Translations under genes and position numbers: made by a program
Assembly (NCBI GenBank): GCA_030599585.1
Contig: JAUVNS010000014.1
Span: 32,001-96,000, forward strand
Direction: 5' to 3'
DNA: 64,000 nucleotides
DNA from: Promethearchaeota archaeon
GTDB taxonomy: Archaea > Asgardarchaeota > Lokiarchaeia > Sigyniarchaeales > SOKP01
Notes under the pieces: model-generated
The model's input: the letters and a program-made list of their open reading frames with translations, nothing else
What the model was told of the DNA's origin: nothing
Databases searched by the model: none
In this document: in pieces, positions 1 through 9,611 of the stretch
Layout: each line of letters starts with the position of its first letter
Position numbering within the stretch: position 1 is the stretch's first letter

Positions 1-417
1 AAAAAATTGACTCCAAATCACTTCTTCCAAAGCTTCAGGGCTTTCACGATTAACCATAATTCCGTCGTTATGAATCCTTTCAACCGGATCAAGAAATATT
101 TTAGTTTTTCGTGCAAATTTAGTCCAAATGTAGGGAAGGTAAGACATAGGTATGTGTATGTAGCGATGAGTAGCAACATCAAGGTGTTTACTTAACATCT
201 CAAGAATTATTGTTGTTCCCGCCCGCGCGAGACCCGTTATGTATATCGGGCTCTCATCGTTGTAATTCGAAATTCTTCTTAAGAGAATTAAAGTTTCAAT
301 TTTATCCAAGAATAACACTACGGGATTGATTCTATTTAAAAATTTAGCTATGTAATAAGCAGTTAAAGGATAGGAAGACTCACTTTTCTTATCACGATTA
401 AAATATTTGAGATCCAT
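1..417 (-). CDS. Sulfotransferase family protein, N-terminal part (runs off the left window edge; not in ORF track)
   Basis: Manual translation from ATG 417: MDLKYF...SPIYITGLARAGTTIILEMLSKH...VERIHNDGIMVNRESPEALEEVIWSQFF. PIYITGLARAGTT is the PAPS-binding loop. The frame is open to base 1. Confidence 0.85.
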   Translation of the reverse strand, partial: MDLKYFNRDKKSESSYPLTAYYIAKFLNRINPVVLFLDKIETLILLRRISNYNDESPIYITGLARAGTTIILEMLSKHLDVATHRYIHIPMSYLPYIWTKFARKTKIFLDPVERIHNDGIMVNRESPEALEEVIWSQFF

Positions 418-451
418 GGCTTGTATCTTAATTCCCTGAAATTTTTAGCTA

Positions 452-1690
452 CTAATGAATAATTTTTTCTATCAATTCTGCTAACTCTTTTTCAGTTATG
501 TATTTCTTCTTTGTTATTGCGTTATAGGTTGTATCTAATATTTCTTTAATATATTTTTCATAATTTTTAAAACCTAATTGTTCACATTTCATTCTTATAG
601 CATCGCCATGAAGCGTGGTCGGGCCAAATATTATTTTTTCGGTCTGTCCTACAATCTCTGGTTTATATGGAGTAAAACACATCCAAAACTTTTCTTTTTC
701 TAACGCTCCCATGACGTGGAGCTCGCTTTCGTGTAAAAATGTGTTTTTCCCTACAACGGGCTTATTATAAGGTAAAGGAACTCCAGAGACTTTTTCTATG
801 TGTTTGCTCAAGTTGTAGAGTTTAGAAAGATCAATCCCTGTATCTATACCATAGAGCATTTCTAAAGAAATTATTACTTCTTCTAAAGAGGTGTTTCCCG
901 CTCTATCCCCTAGCTTATTAACTACTAGATCCATGTATTGCGCGCCTTGTTCCACGGCAGCGATTGTAGATGCTGTTCCTAACCCAAAATCGTCGTGGAC
1001 ATGAATTCCAAGAGGAATTTCTTTTACAATAGGTTTCAACTGCTGAAACATGTAGGAGATGGCAGGAATATTACAAGCTCCGACGGTATCATATAACATT
1101 ATCATTTTTGCGCCATTTTTAACTCCTTTTTCTATTGCTTTTTTTAAAATTGAGAATTCTGAACGAGTAGCGTCAACACAATCTAATATAGCTTCACCTC
1201 CAAACCTTTTAATCCTTTTCAACACGGAAGGAATCAAGCTAATCATGACTTCGGGTGTAATTTTGTTATCTCCTGTGAAAAGTTGAAGTTGCCATTTCGT
1301 CAAAACTATGCCAAAACCAATATAATCTAACTTCGCTTCTAAAGATTTATGAATTTCATTAGTCCACCGTGAAGGGTTTGTGCTCAAATGAGAATATGTT
1401 TTTATTTTCATTCCTAATTCCTTGATTTGATTAGCTAAGTCCCATTGATCTTGGACTTGGCCAATGTAGCCACAATCTATGTGCTCAACGCCTAAATCTT
1501 CTAACATCTCGACAATTTTAATTTTTTCGTCTAACGTGTAATAAACACCAGGAGTCTCTTCTCCTTCTCTAATTGTCGAATCCCGAACAAAAACTTGTTT
1601 TGGAAAGTTAAAATGCTTAATTAATTCAGAATCGTAATTTAAAGGCGAAATCCACCACTTCTCATTGAACCATTTAGTTTTTTCTTTCAT
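452..1690 (-). CDS. DRE-TIM metallolyase, homocitrate/isopropylmalate/citramalate synthase-like, no regulatory domain
   Basis: RDSTIREGEETPG, HVHDDFGLG, GDRAGNTSLEE, FLHESELH. Confidence 0.85.
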   Translation of the reverse strand: MKEKTKWFNEKWWISPLNYDSELIKHFNFPKQVFVRDSTIREGEETPGVYYTLDEKIKIVEMLEDLGVEHIDCGYIGQVQDQWDLANQIKELGMKIKTYSHLSTNPSRWTNEIHKSLEAKLDYIGFGIVLTKWQLQLFTGDNKITPEVMISLIPSVLKRIKRFGGEAILDCVDATRSEFSILKKAIEKGVKNGAKMIMLYDTVGACNIPAISYMFQQLKPIVKEIPLGIHVHDDFGLGTASTIAAVEQGAQYMDLVVNKLGDRAGNTSLEEVIISLEMLYGIDTGIDLSKLYNLSKHIEKVSGVPLPYNKPVVGKNTFLHESELHVMGALEKEKFWMCFTPYKPEIVGQTEKIIFGPTTLHGDAIRMKCEQLGFKNYEKYIKEILDTTYNAITKKKYITEKELAELIEKIIH

Positions 1691-1704
1691 TATACTTACC
1701 TAGA

Positions 1705-2916
1705 TTATTTAATTACTTCTTTCGCTAATTCTTCAAGCTCTTTTTCCGAAATATAATCTTGAAATTGTATTTTTTCTTGTATTTTTTCTATTAAAACATC
1801 TAGATCGTTTTTACTTGGGTTTAAGCCCATTTTATTTAACTTTGCCTTTATAGCTCTATCTTGTAAGGTTGTTGCACCAAATATTAATTTTCGAGATTGT
1901 CCAACAACCCACGGTTGATACAATTCCCAAGTAGTCCAATTGCCAATTAATATTTGTTCTACATGTAGATCTGACTCGTGTATAAAACAATTCTTCCCTA
2001 CTATTGCTTTATGGGCTTGCAATGGAGTTTTACTGTATTTCTCAATAAGTTGAGATATTTCCATAATTTTATCTAGTTTCAAATTTAAGTCCATTCCATA
2101 GAGAATTTCGAGACCCATTATTACTTCTTCTGTAGCAGCATTACCCGCTCTATCGCCAAGCCCATTAAAAACAACATCTACTATTTCGGCTCCGCCTTCT
2201 ACTCCTGCAAGCGTGGTAGCAACGGCTAAACCTAAATCGTTATGTGTGTGGACTTCAATAGGTATATCTCCAACGATTTTTTTAGTAAATTTAACAACAT
2301 CTTTGAAGGCTAAAGGAGTAGCACATCCATTTCCGTCGTATACGACGATCCTATCAGCTCCTGCATCTAAAGCCAAGGTTACAAATTTTTCCCAGTACTT
2401 TGGAATGACGCGACCAGAGCCGAATGCAACATAAGCACCTTGCGATTTGGCATATTCTATTCCTTCTGTAATTCTATTAAATACATCATTTTTATTCTTT
2501 AAGACAGGACTGGGGACAAGCAAAAAGTTTACATGATCTGCTTCCGCTGCCAAAATATCGTCAACTTCTTTCTTAACATCCTCAACGTACAACCTTGCGT
2601 GCGAAGACAATTTCATTTTGATGCCTTCTTTCTTTAGAGCTTTAAATGTATCAGCATGTTCTTTGATGCCGGCTGCGTAACCAACCTCAATTTCGGGAAT
2701 GCCCATTTCTTCTAGAAGCTTTGCTATCTCAATTTTCTGCTCTATTGTAAAATAAGACCCGGGTGTTTCTTCTCCTTCTCTTAACGTATCATCTTTAATT
2801 ATAACTTTTTCCGGTAGATTTATTTGATTTTGAACCGTATCGGCATAGTTCCACTCAAAATTCCACCACCTTTGTTGTTTATCCATCCTCATATATGCCC
2901 ATGCGTTAACCCACAT
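1705..2916 (-). CDS. Second DRE-TIM homocitrate/isopropylmalate synthase-like paralog
   Basis: KDDTLREGEETPG, HTHNDLGLA, GDRAGNAATEE, FIHESDLH. Confidence 0.85.
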   Translation of the reverse strand: MWVNAWAYMRMDKQQRWWNFEWNYADTVQNQINLPEKVIIKDDTLREGEETPGSYFTIEQKIEIAKLLEEMGIPEIEVGYAAGIKEHADTFKALKKEGIKMKLSSHARLYVEDVKKEVDDILAAEADHVNFLLVPSPVLKNKNDVFNRITEGIEYAKSQGAYVAFGSGRVIPKYWEKFVTLALDAGADRIVVYDGNGCATPLAFKDVVKFTKKIVGDIPIEVHTHNDLGLAVATTLAGVEGGAEIVDVVFNGLGDRAGNAATEEVIMGLEILYGMDLNLKLDKIMEISQLIEKYSKTPLQAHKAIVGKNCFIHESDLHVEQILIGNWTTWELYQPWVVGQSRKLIFGATTLQDRAIKAKLNKMGLNPSKNDLDVLIEKIQEKIQFQDYISEKELEELAKEVIK

Positions 2917-3019
2917 AAATACTAACTCATATAGAATTCAATCCCTATTAATTAAAGGTTTAAATAAAACTTTGATATAATCACTATTAAAGATATATTT
3001 TAACTTGGTGATTCTAATA

Positions 3020-4291
3020 ATGAAAAATTATTCAACAAAGATATTAATTCTACTGACTTTCTTTTCGTCAGCTTTATTCAGTATAATAACTCCTATGGCA
3101 AAAGAGCTTACGATTGCTTTAAGTTTAGGCAGCGAAGAGCAAATTGCAGTTATCAATTCAATGTTCTTGGTGGTAGCAGCGTTTAGTTCGCTAATTTGGG
3201 CTGTTTTAGCTGACAAATTTCAACGTAAAAATTTGTTAATCGTTGCCACTATTGAGTGGTCAATTTTTACTTTATTAACTATTTTTGCCACAGATTTCTA
3301 TTCGCTATTATTATTTCAGCTATTGACAGCAATTGGTTTTGGAGCTGCGTTACCTTTAATATTTTCTTTAATTGTAGATTTAGTAGCTTCTGAAAATCGA
3401 GGAAGAAAATTCGGTGTTTTAAGCGCCGTTTATGTTTTAGGAAATGGGCTAGGGCAGATGTTATCGGGATTCTTAATCGATTTCTACGCGTGGCAGGTAC
3501 CTATTTTTATTATTTCGATAAGCGGATTTTTTTGTACGGGTCTATTATTTCTCCTTATAGAACCGGAAAGGGGTACAATGGATAAGTTAAATAGAGCATC
3601 AGGAGAGATTGATATTGATTTAAGTTATAAGATAAAATTAAAAGATCTACAAAAAATCTGGAAAATTAAATCAACGATTGGCTTGTTAATTTTAAATTTT
3701 GTGATGTTCATTTCTATAGGTGCTATATCTTCATTTTTCATCTCGATGCTTAAAAACGACTTTATGCTTCCTTCTAGTTTAGCTACGATCTTTTTAATAT
3801 TGGTTTTTAGCAGTCAGGTTATTAGTGGTCCCTTATTTGGCAAACTGGGCGATAAAAAACGCCAAACCGATAAAAATGGGAGGATTAAGGTTGTTTTAAT
3901 CTGTCTTATTGGCGGTTCCAGCCTATACATTATCGCATACTCGTTAACCTTTATTTCCACTGGCATTATTGTAGCGTTTATTTTTATTGCTATTATATAT
4001 GTCGGTGCATTCCTTTTTGGAGGAATCGATCCGCTTACGCAAGCGACTCTTGGAGAGATAAATCCTCCTCAAATTAGATCTACAATTTACTCTCTTAATT
4101 ATCTTGCTTACACCTTTGGCAGAAGTATAAGTTTATTAATCCTTGGTCAGCTGTTCTTACATTTTAATAATCAATACAGCCCAGGATATCTTATCTTATC
4201 CATAATGGCGTTGAGTTGTTCATTGCTTTTAATACCAATTTTGAAATATTTACCGAAAGATATCCAAAAAATCAACGCTGGAGAAATTTAA
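3020..4291 (+). CDS. MFS transporter
   Basis: About 12 TM helices; motif A-like LADKFQRK and GKLGDKK; GGTGA upstream of ATG 3020. Confidence 0.85.
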   Translation: MKNYSTKILILLTFFSSALFSIITPMAKELTIALSLGSEEQIAVINSMFLVVAAFSSLIWAVLADKFQRKNLLIVATIEWSIFTLLTIFATDFYSLLLFQLLTAIGFGAALPLIFSLIVDLVASENRGRKFGVLSAVYVLGNGLGQMLSGFLIDFYAWQVPIFIISISGFFCTGLLFLLIEPERGTMDKLNRASGEIDIDLSYKIKLKDLQKIWKIKSTIGLLILNFVMFISIGAISSFFISMLKNDFMLPSSLATIFLILVFSSQVISGPLFGKLGDKKRQTDKNGRIKVVLICLIGGSSLYIIAYSLTFISTGIIVAFIFIAIIYVGAFLFGGIDPLTQATLGEINPPQIRSTIYSLNYLAYTFGRSISLLILGQLFLHFNNQYSPGYLILSIMALSCSLLLIPILKYLPKDIQKINAGEI

Positions 4292-4414
4292 CCTAAATAC
4301 TAACCACTTTTTTTTTCTCTTATTAATAACACCTTCTCATTAAGCGTATTATTAGAGAGCTTTTAAAGATATGAATTATTAAGTTTATATTATAAAATTA
4401 CCAACAAAAACTAA

Positions 4415-5185
4415 GTGATTAAAATGTGGTTAGTATTTCTGCTGTGGATTGTTGTTATATTCGTTTCGACAACGTTAATTAGTCAGTATATTAAAATGCA
4501 AAATCGAGAGGATGTTGCTATAGCATTATTCGTTTTGTTTATTACGATGTCGCAAATACTTGCAGCAAAAATCGGGGATTTCACTGTTTTTAATTATCAA
4601 ATAACTGCTCCAGTAGCCGTACTAATATTCCCCTTTACTTTTCAGATTACTGATATGGTAAATGAAAATTTTGGTCAGAAAGCAACTCATAGAATGATTT
4701 TTATCGCTTTCCTAACTCAAATATTCATGGCTATCTTTATATGGTTTAGCATCGAAGTTCCTGCTGCACCATTTTGGGGTTTTGATTGGGCAAGCGACCC
4801 TGTTGAAGCCCAACAATTTTGGCTAAATTTCTTCGGTTCCACAATTAGGATTACGATTGCTTCTTGGATATCTTTCATAATAACTGAAAATTTAGATGCC
4901 ATTTTATTCGCGAAACTTAAAAAATGGACGAAAGGCAAAAATCTCTGGATAAGAAATGTGTTTAGCGATATACCAACTTTAGCTTTAGATAGCGTACTCT
5001 TCATTAGTATTGCTTTTGGAGGCGAATTTCCTCTTGATGTTATATTGATAATGATTTGGGGACAGCTGCTTACTAAATGGTTCTTTGGGGTCATTGATAC
5101 ACCTTTTATGTACCTTTCGCGCGGGATAATTAATGGAAAAATAAATTTATTAGGAAACCTCTTTTCTAAGAAAGAAGATCGCTAA
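4415..5185 (+). CDS. Queuosine-precursor transporter (VUT/YhhQ family)
   Basis: FPFTFQITDMVNENFG, RITIASWISF, WIRNVFSD, DSVLFISIAF. Confidence 0.8.
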   Translation: MIKMWLVFLLWIVVIFVSTTLISQYIKMQNREDVAIALFVLFITMSQILAAKIGDFTVFNYQITAPVAVLIFPFTFQITDMVNENFGQKATHRMIFIAFLTQIFMAIFIWFSIEVPAAPFWGFDWASDPVEAQQFWLNFFGSTIRITIASWISFIITENLDAILFAKLKKWTKGKNLWIRNVFSDIPTLALDSVLFISIAFGGEFPLDVILIMIWGQLLTKWFFGVIDTPFMYLSRGIINGKINLLGNLFSKKEDR

Positions 5186-5251
5186 TTATCTACATTCTTT
5201 TTTAATTTTGTTATTATTAAAAGAATTATGGACAATCTCGAGTAAAGCGTA

Positions 5252-5953
5252 ATGAAAATTAAAGAAAATCTTTGTACTGGTTGCGGACAATGCGAAGTAG
5301 TTTGTCCAGTTCAAGCGATTCAAATAATTGACAATATTGCGATATTGGACAATAAAAAGTGTGTAGAATGTAATGTCTGTTATAGAAATGCTCAATGTCC
5401 CGTCAATGCCATTAGACCAACGCGTTTAAAATGGCCCAGACTCATTAGGAATCCATTTAGCGACGTTATAAGTACTCATAAATTGACTGGTGTAGCTGGT
5501 AGAGGGACTGAAGAAATGAAAACAAACGACATAACTAATAGGTTTGAGTTTGGTGAGATCGGAGTTTCAATTGAACTAGGGCGACCTGGTGTAGGAACTA
5601 AACTTGCTAATGTTGAATTGTTTACCCTAAAACTATCAAAAATTGGAGTTATATACGAAAAAGCTAGCCCCCTTTCAGCGTTAATTATCGATAATGTTGG
5701 TCACATTAAAGAAGATGTAAAAAACGAGTATGTCTTGTCAGCAATTATAGAATTTAAGATACCAAATGAAAAATTACCAGAAGTATTGAGAATAATTAAA
5801 GATATTGAGAATGTTATCGATACAACTTTTACTGTAGGAATTATTTCTAGAGTAAACGATAACGGAAAGATACCCGTTGTTAAGAATTTAGAAGATAATG
5901 GTTTTTTTGTTAGATCTAATGCTAAAATCAATATAGGATTAGGTCATATCTGA
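5252..5953 (+). CDS. 2x[4Fe-4S] ferredoxin domain fused to an uncharacterised domain
   Basis: CTGCGQCEVVCP and CVECNVC..CP, followed by GRGTEEMKTND. Confidence 0.75.
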   Translation: MKIKENLCTGCGQCEVVCPVQAIQIIDNIAILDNKKCVECNVCYRNAQCPVNAIRPTRLKWPRLIRNPFSDVISTHKLTGVAGRGTEEMKTNDITNRFEFGEIGVSIELGRPGVGTKLANVELFTLKLSKIGVIYEKASPLSALIIDNVGHIKEDVKNEYVLSAIIEFKIPNEKLPEVLRIIKDIENVIDTTFTVGIISRVNDNGKIPVVKNLEDNGFFVRSNAKINIGLGHI

Positions 5954-5971
5954 TAAAGAAAAATTAATATT

Positions 5972-6559
5972 ATGACTCACTCATTGCATAGAATAGGAAG
6001 GGAATCTGAATTAAAGGAAGATTTTGTAATCTTAGCTATGGTTGCAAAAGGATACAATGATACTAATCCAGAAGCGCGTAAAAATTTAATAAAAATTGGA
6101 GAGATATTAGAACAACATAATCCTACAAACATGATTATTAAACCAGCGTGGAAAGTTTCGACAGTAATTCAAGGAGCGTTTGAGAATAAGGAAGATGTAA
6201 AAGATGTCCTCAAGATTCTTAAAACAGAAGATTTAGGAGTTTCAATTGTGGTTAGTGGTTTGATCTCAGAAATTACACCAGTTTTGAAAGACATAGACCT
6301 AAAACCTCACACAATTCATTTATCTTTAGGGATTTTTGGAAAAAAGGAGAAATTACCTTCAAAAGAAATCTTAGAAGTTACAACGATGTGCGGTCATCAC
6401 TGTATATCGCCCCAATCTGTTGAAAATTATGTAAATTTGATTAAAAAAGGAAAGATTTCCGTAGAAAAAGCAGCGGAAAAACTAGCAAAGCCATGTGTAT
6501 GTGGTATTTTCAATCCAAAACGAGCAACAAAGATATTAAAAAAGTTAACTGGAAAATGA
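5972..6559 (+). CDS. Conserved hypothetical Cys/His-motif protein, probable partner of the upstream ferredoxin protein
   Basis: MTHSLHR, TMCGHHC, PCVCGIFNP; 18 nt downstream of the previous gene. Confidence 0.7.
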   Translation: MTHSLHRIGRESELKEDFVILAMVAKGYNDTNPEARKNLIKIGEILEQHNPTNMIIKPAWKVSTVIQGAFENKEDVKDVLKILKTEDLGVSIVVSGLISEITPVLKDIDLKPHTIHLSLGIFGKKEKLPSKEILEVTTMCGHHCISPQSVENYVNLIKKGKISVEKAAEKLAKPCVCGIFNPKRATKILKKLTGK

Positions 6560-6560
6560 C

Positions 6561-7766
6561 TCAAATTTGGATTAACTCATAATCAGTAGAGCCAATTTTA
6601 TTTTGAAGAGCCGCTTCAAATTGCCTAACGGGATTTAACATCCCGAGCATCGCCTTAAATTTCTCAACACCTTGTTCTAATGGTTTTGTCCACTCGCCAT
6701 CTTGTTTTAAAATTGGAAGCCCAGGAGCCTTAGTTTCTGCATCAAAACAGGCTTTATCTATAGCCACTGGATCTGAAGAACCAAAAATACCTAAGTCAGG
6801 AACCACTGCCATTCCGGGATTAGGTACGCAATCACACATGAGAGGAATATCCAACGCAAAATTAATATAACGGATGTTTTCAGCACCGAAAGAATTGACA
6901 ACTGCTGCAGCACAGTCAATGAATCTATCGGTAAATTCATTAATCTCATTCATTTTGGGTTTTTTAATTGCTCTTTTAATTGGACATTTTAATAAACACA
7001 GAAAACAACCGTAACAAAGTTCAGCATCTATTAAAGCTTTCTCATTTTCGATTTTAATTGCTTCTACTGGACAAGCGCTTATACATTCTTGTTTACATTG
7101 AGATGTGTCGCATTTCCTCTCATTTATTTTTAACATACCATCCGCGTGGGCTAAATGTTTATTGTGTTTTGTTACGCATCCAATTCCAAGTTGTTTTAGT
7201 GCACCACCAAATCCTGCCTGGGGATGTCCTTTAAAATGAGAAATAACTAAAAGTTTATCGTAATTATACAAATCTTTAGCTACAGAAACGCTTTTTAGCG
7301 TTATTCCATTAAATTCTATAATTCTTCTTTCAATTCCTTGATCCCCATCAATAAATTTGAGTGGAGCCCCAACTATGGTCTCATCATACCCATGTAATTT
7401 CGCAATCGCTTGGTGTTCAAAAGTATTTTTTCTATGACCTACACAAATCGAGTAATCATCGTGAATTTCGATCTCTTGAAGATGGTTTCCACCCCCTTGA
7501 GTTTCAACTAAAGTCGGAATTGCACCTAGAGATTTAACGGCTTTGACTACTTCATGCACGAAATCGTGCCGTAAATAATGGGTGTTCATGGCTTCCCCTA
7601 CGTGAACTTTGATCGCAACTTTATCTCCCGATTTAATATTATCTAAAATTTTATCCAAAATAAGTCGAGTTTTTACTAATTTGTTTGTTACCATATTCTT
7701 TGAAGTATTAGTCATAGATGCCATTTCATTGGGATGTGCCCAATATACTATCGTACTGTCCGTCAT
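6561..7766 (-). CDS. DUF362-type Fe-S centre protein with ferredoxin insertion
   Basis: VAIKVHVGE, SHFKGHPQAGFGGALKQLGIGC, CDC, SDPVAIDKAC, two Cys clusters. Confidence 0.8.
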   Translation of the reverse strand: MTDSTIVYWAHPNEMASMTNTSKNMVTNKLVKTRLILDKILDNIKSGDKVAIKVHVGEAMNTHYLRHDFVHEVVKAVKSLGAIPTLVETQGGGNHLQEIEIHDDYSICVGHRKNTFEHQAIAKLHGYDETIVGAPLKFIDGDQGIERRIIEFNGITLKSVSVAKDLYNYDKLLVISHFKGHPQAGFGGALKQLGIGCVTKHNKHLAHADGMLKINERKCDTSQCKQECISACPVEAIKIENEKALIDAELCYGCFLCLLKCPIKRAIKKPKMNEINEFTDRFIDCAAAVVNSFGAENIRYINFALDIPLMCDCVPNPGMAVVPDLGIFGSSDPVAIDKACFDAETKAPGLPILKQDGEWTKPLEQGVEKFKAMLGMLNPVRQFEAALQNKIGSTDYELIQI

Positions 7767-7867
7767 GATAAATCCTTTTCAATTGTTTGCTTAATAAAGT
7801 TCTTATTATTTTTATATTAAAGGAACAACTTAATCTATTAAAAATAATATCTTTGTTTTTTATAATC

Positions 7868-9595
7868 ATGAATGAAAATAAACGCTCAAAAAATTATGGG
7901 AATATCTCTATTGGTTTTCTACTACTTTTAACAGTTTTTATTGCATTATTGGCATGGATAACCTATGGTACATTCGAGGGTATAATTGGTGCTCTTGCAT
8001 TTACAATTGTTGGTTTGTTAAACATATTTCCATGGTTTATACCATTCGTAGGAATCCCATTAGGAATCTTAGACGCTCTTGGGATTTTTGGTTTTGGAAT
8101 GTATAATATAACTTTAAATCTTGCTCATTTGAGTTCTAGCTGGATGCCAATTGTATGGTTTTGGTTAGTAGGGATCCTTGGGAGTATTATAGATATAATA
8201 TTAATGTATTTCGTAATTTCAGGGTTAAAAAAATTAAAACATCGAAAAAAAGAACCTCGGTCGAATTATGCTCTTGTAAATTGCAACATTATCAATGGCT
8301 CGATTAATAATGCTGTAATCAAAAAGGGAGTAGTGCTCATCAAGAATATCGTAGGAGAGGGAGAAATTTCTGGTTTAATCAGCGCTGTAGGAAGTGAAGG
8401 AAAATTAGACATTCCAGACGATTACAAAATAATTGATTTAAAAGGTAAATACTTACTTCCTGGGCTAATTAACGCTCATTGTCACTTAATTGGAAGCGGT
8501 AAACCGATGAAAATAATGAATTTAGGCGATAAAACGCTCGAAAGGTTAGCAAAATTAATGGGAACTGCTTTGGGCAAAAAATTTCTCAGTAATATGATGA
8601 AAAGTAACGCATTTAATGCACTAAATGCTGGAGTGACAACTATGAGAACGATGGGTGACCCTTTCTACTTAGATTTAAAACTTAGAAACGAAATTAACAA
8701 AGGAAAGTTTTTAGGACCAAGGTTAGTTTGTGCTGGTATGGGCATCTGTATAACTGGGGGTCATGGGGGATTAATGGCGCATATAACCGATTCACCTACT
8801 GAGGTTAAAAAAGCGATTCGTAAAAACTTGAGATCAGAAGTAGATTTCATAAAAATTCTCTCAACAGGGGGCGTTATGGATTCGAGAAAGGTTGGAGAAG
8901 CTGGTAGGCCTCAGATGACCTTAGAAGAAATTGAGACTGCCTGTTTTGAAGCTCATCGCGGTGGTATCTTAGTTGCAACTCATTGTGAATCTACGCAGGG
9001 AATTGAAGAAGCACTATTAGGCGGAGTTGATAGCATAGAGCATGGCGCAGAGATTACAGACGATTTAGTGCCATTATTTAAGAATAATCCCAAAACACTT
9101 CGCGGGTTCACAACCCTAACTTCTACGATATCAGCAGGTATGGGGATGGCAGTGCTCTCTAAAGAAGAAACAAAAATTACTGGTGTGAAAAAAGAAAATG
9201 CAGTATTGGTTGAAAAAGGGATGATCAATGGACTTCAAAAGGCATATAAAGAGGGTATAAAATTAACAGTAGGTACAGATGCTTCAGTTCCTTACGCAAC
9301 ACATTATAATGTATGGAAGGAATTAAAGTATTTTATGAAATATACGGACATGACAGCTCAAGAAGCTATTCATTACGCTACTAAAGGTAATGCAGACAAT
9401 ATTGGAATAGGTGATGTTACCGGAAGTATTGAGGTTGGAAAATTTGCCGATATCCAAGTCGTCCAAGTCAATCCCTTAAAAAATATTGATTCATTAGGAA
9501 CTATCTCGATGGTTTTTATCAAAGGACATCAAATTAAGAATCCAAAAGTAAAAAAAGTGAAGAACTTAACTGATTTCGAACCAATTGAGGTATAA
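7868..9595 (+). CDS. Metal-dependent amidohydrolase with N-terminal multi-pass membrane domain
   Basis: PGLINAHCH, TGGHG, IKILSTGG, IEHG, GTDA, GKFAD; first ~120 aa are hydrophobic; start set at ATG 7868. Confidence 0.85.
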   Translation: MNENKRSKNYGNISIGFLLLLTVFIALLAWITYGTFEGIIGALAFTIVGLLNIFPWFIPFVGIPLGILDALGIFGFGMYNITLNLAHLSSSWMPIVWFWLVGILGSIIDIILMYFVISGLKKLKHRKKEPRSNYALVNCNIINGSINNAVIKKGVVLIKNIVGEGEISGLISAVGSEGKLDIPDDYKIIDLKGKYLLPGLINAHCHLIGSGKPMKIMNLGDKTLERLAKLMGTALGKKFLSNMMKSNAFNALNAGVTTMRTMGDPFYLDLKLRNEINKGKFLGPRLVCAGMGICITGGHGGLMAHITDSPTEVKKAIRKNLRSEVDFIKILSTGGVMDSRKVGEAGRPQMTLEEIETACFEAHRGGILVATHCESTQGIEEALLGGVDSIEHGAEITDDLVPLFKNNPKTLRGFTTLTSTISAGMGMAVLSKEETKITGVKKENAVLVEKGMINGLQKAYKEGIKLTVGTDASVPYATHYNVWKELKYFMKYTDMTAQEAIHYATKGNADNIGIGDVTGSIEVGKFADIQVVQVNPLKNIDSLGTISMVFIKGHQIKNPKVKKVKNLTDFEPIEV

Positions 9596-9611
9596 AATGT
9601 ATTTATTTTTA

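Noticed and set aside
7-195. Plus-strand 62-aa ORF
   Set aside because: Antisense shadow of the sulfotransferase
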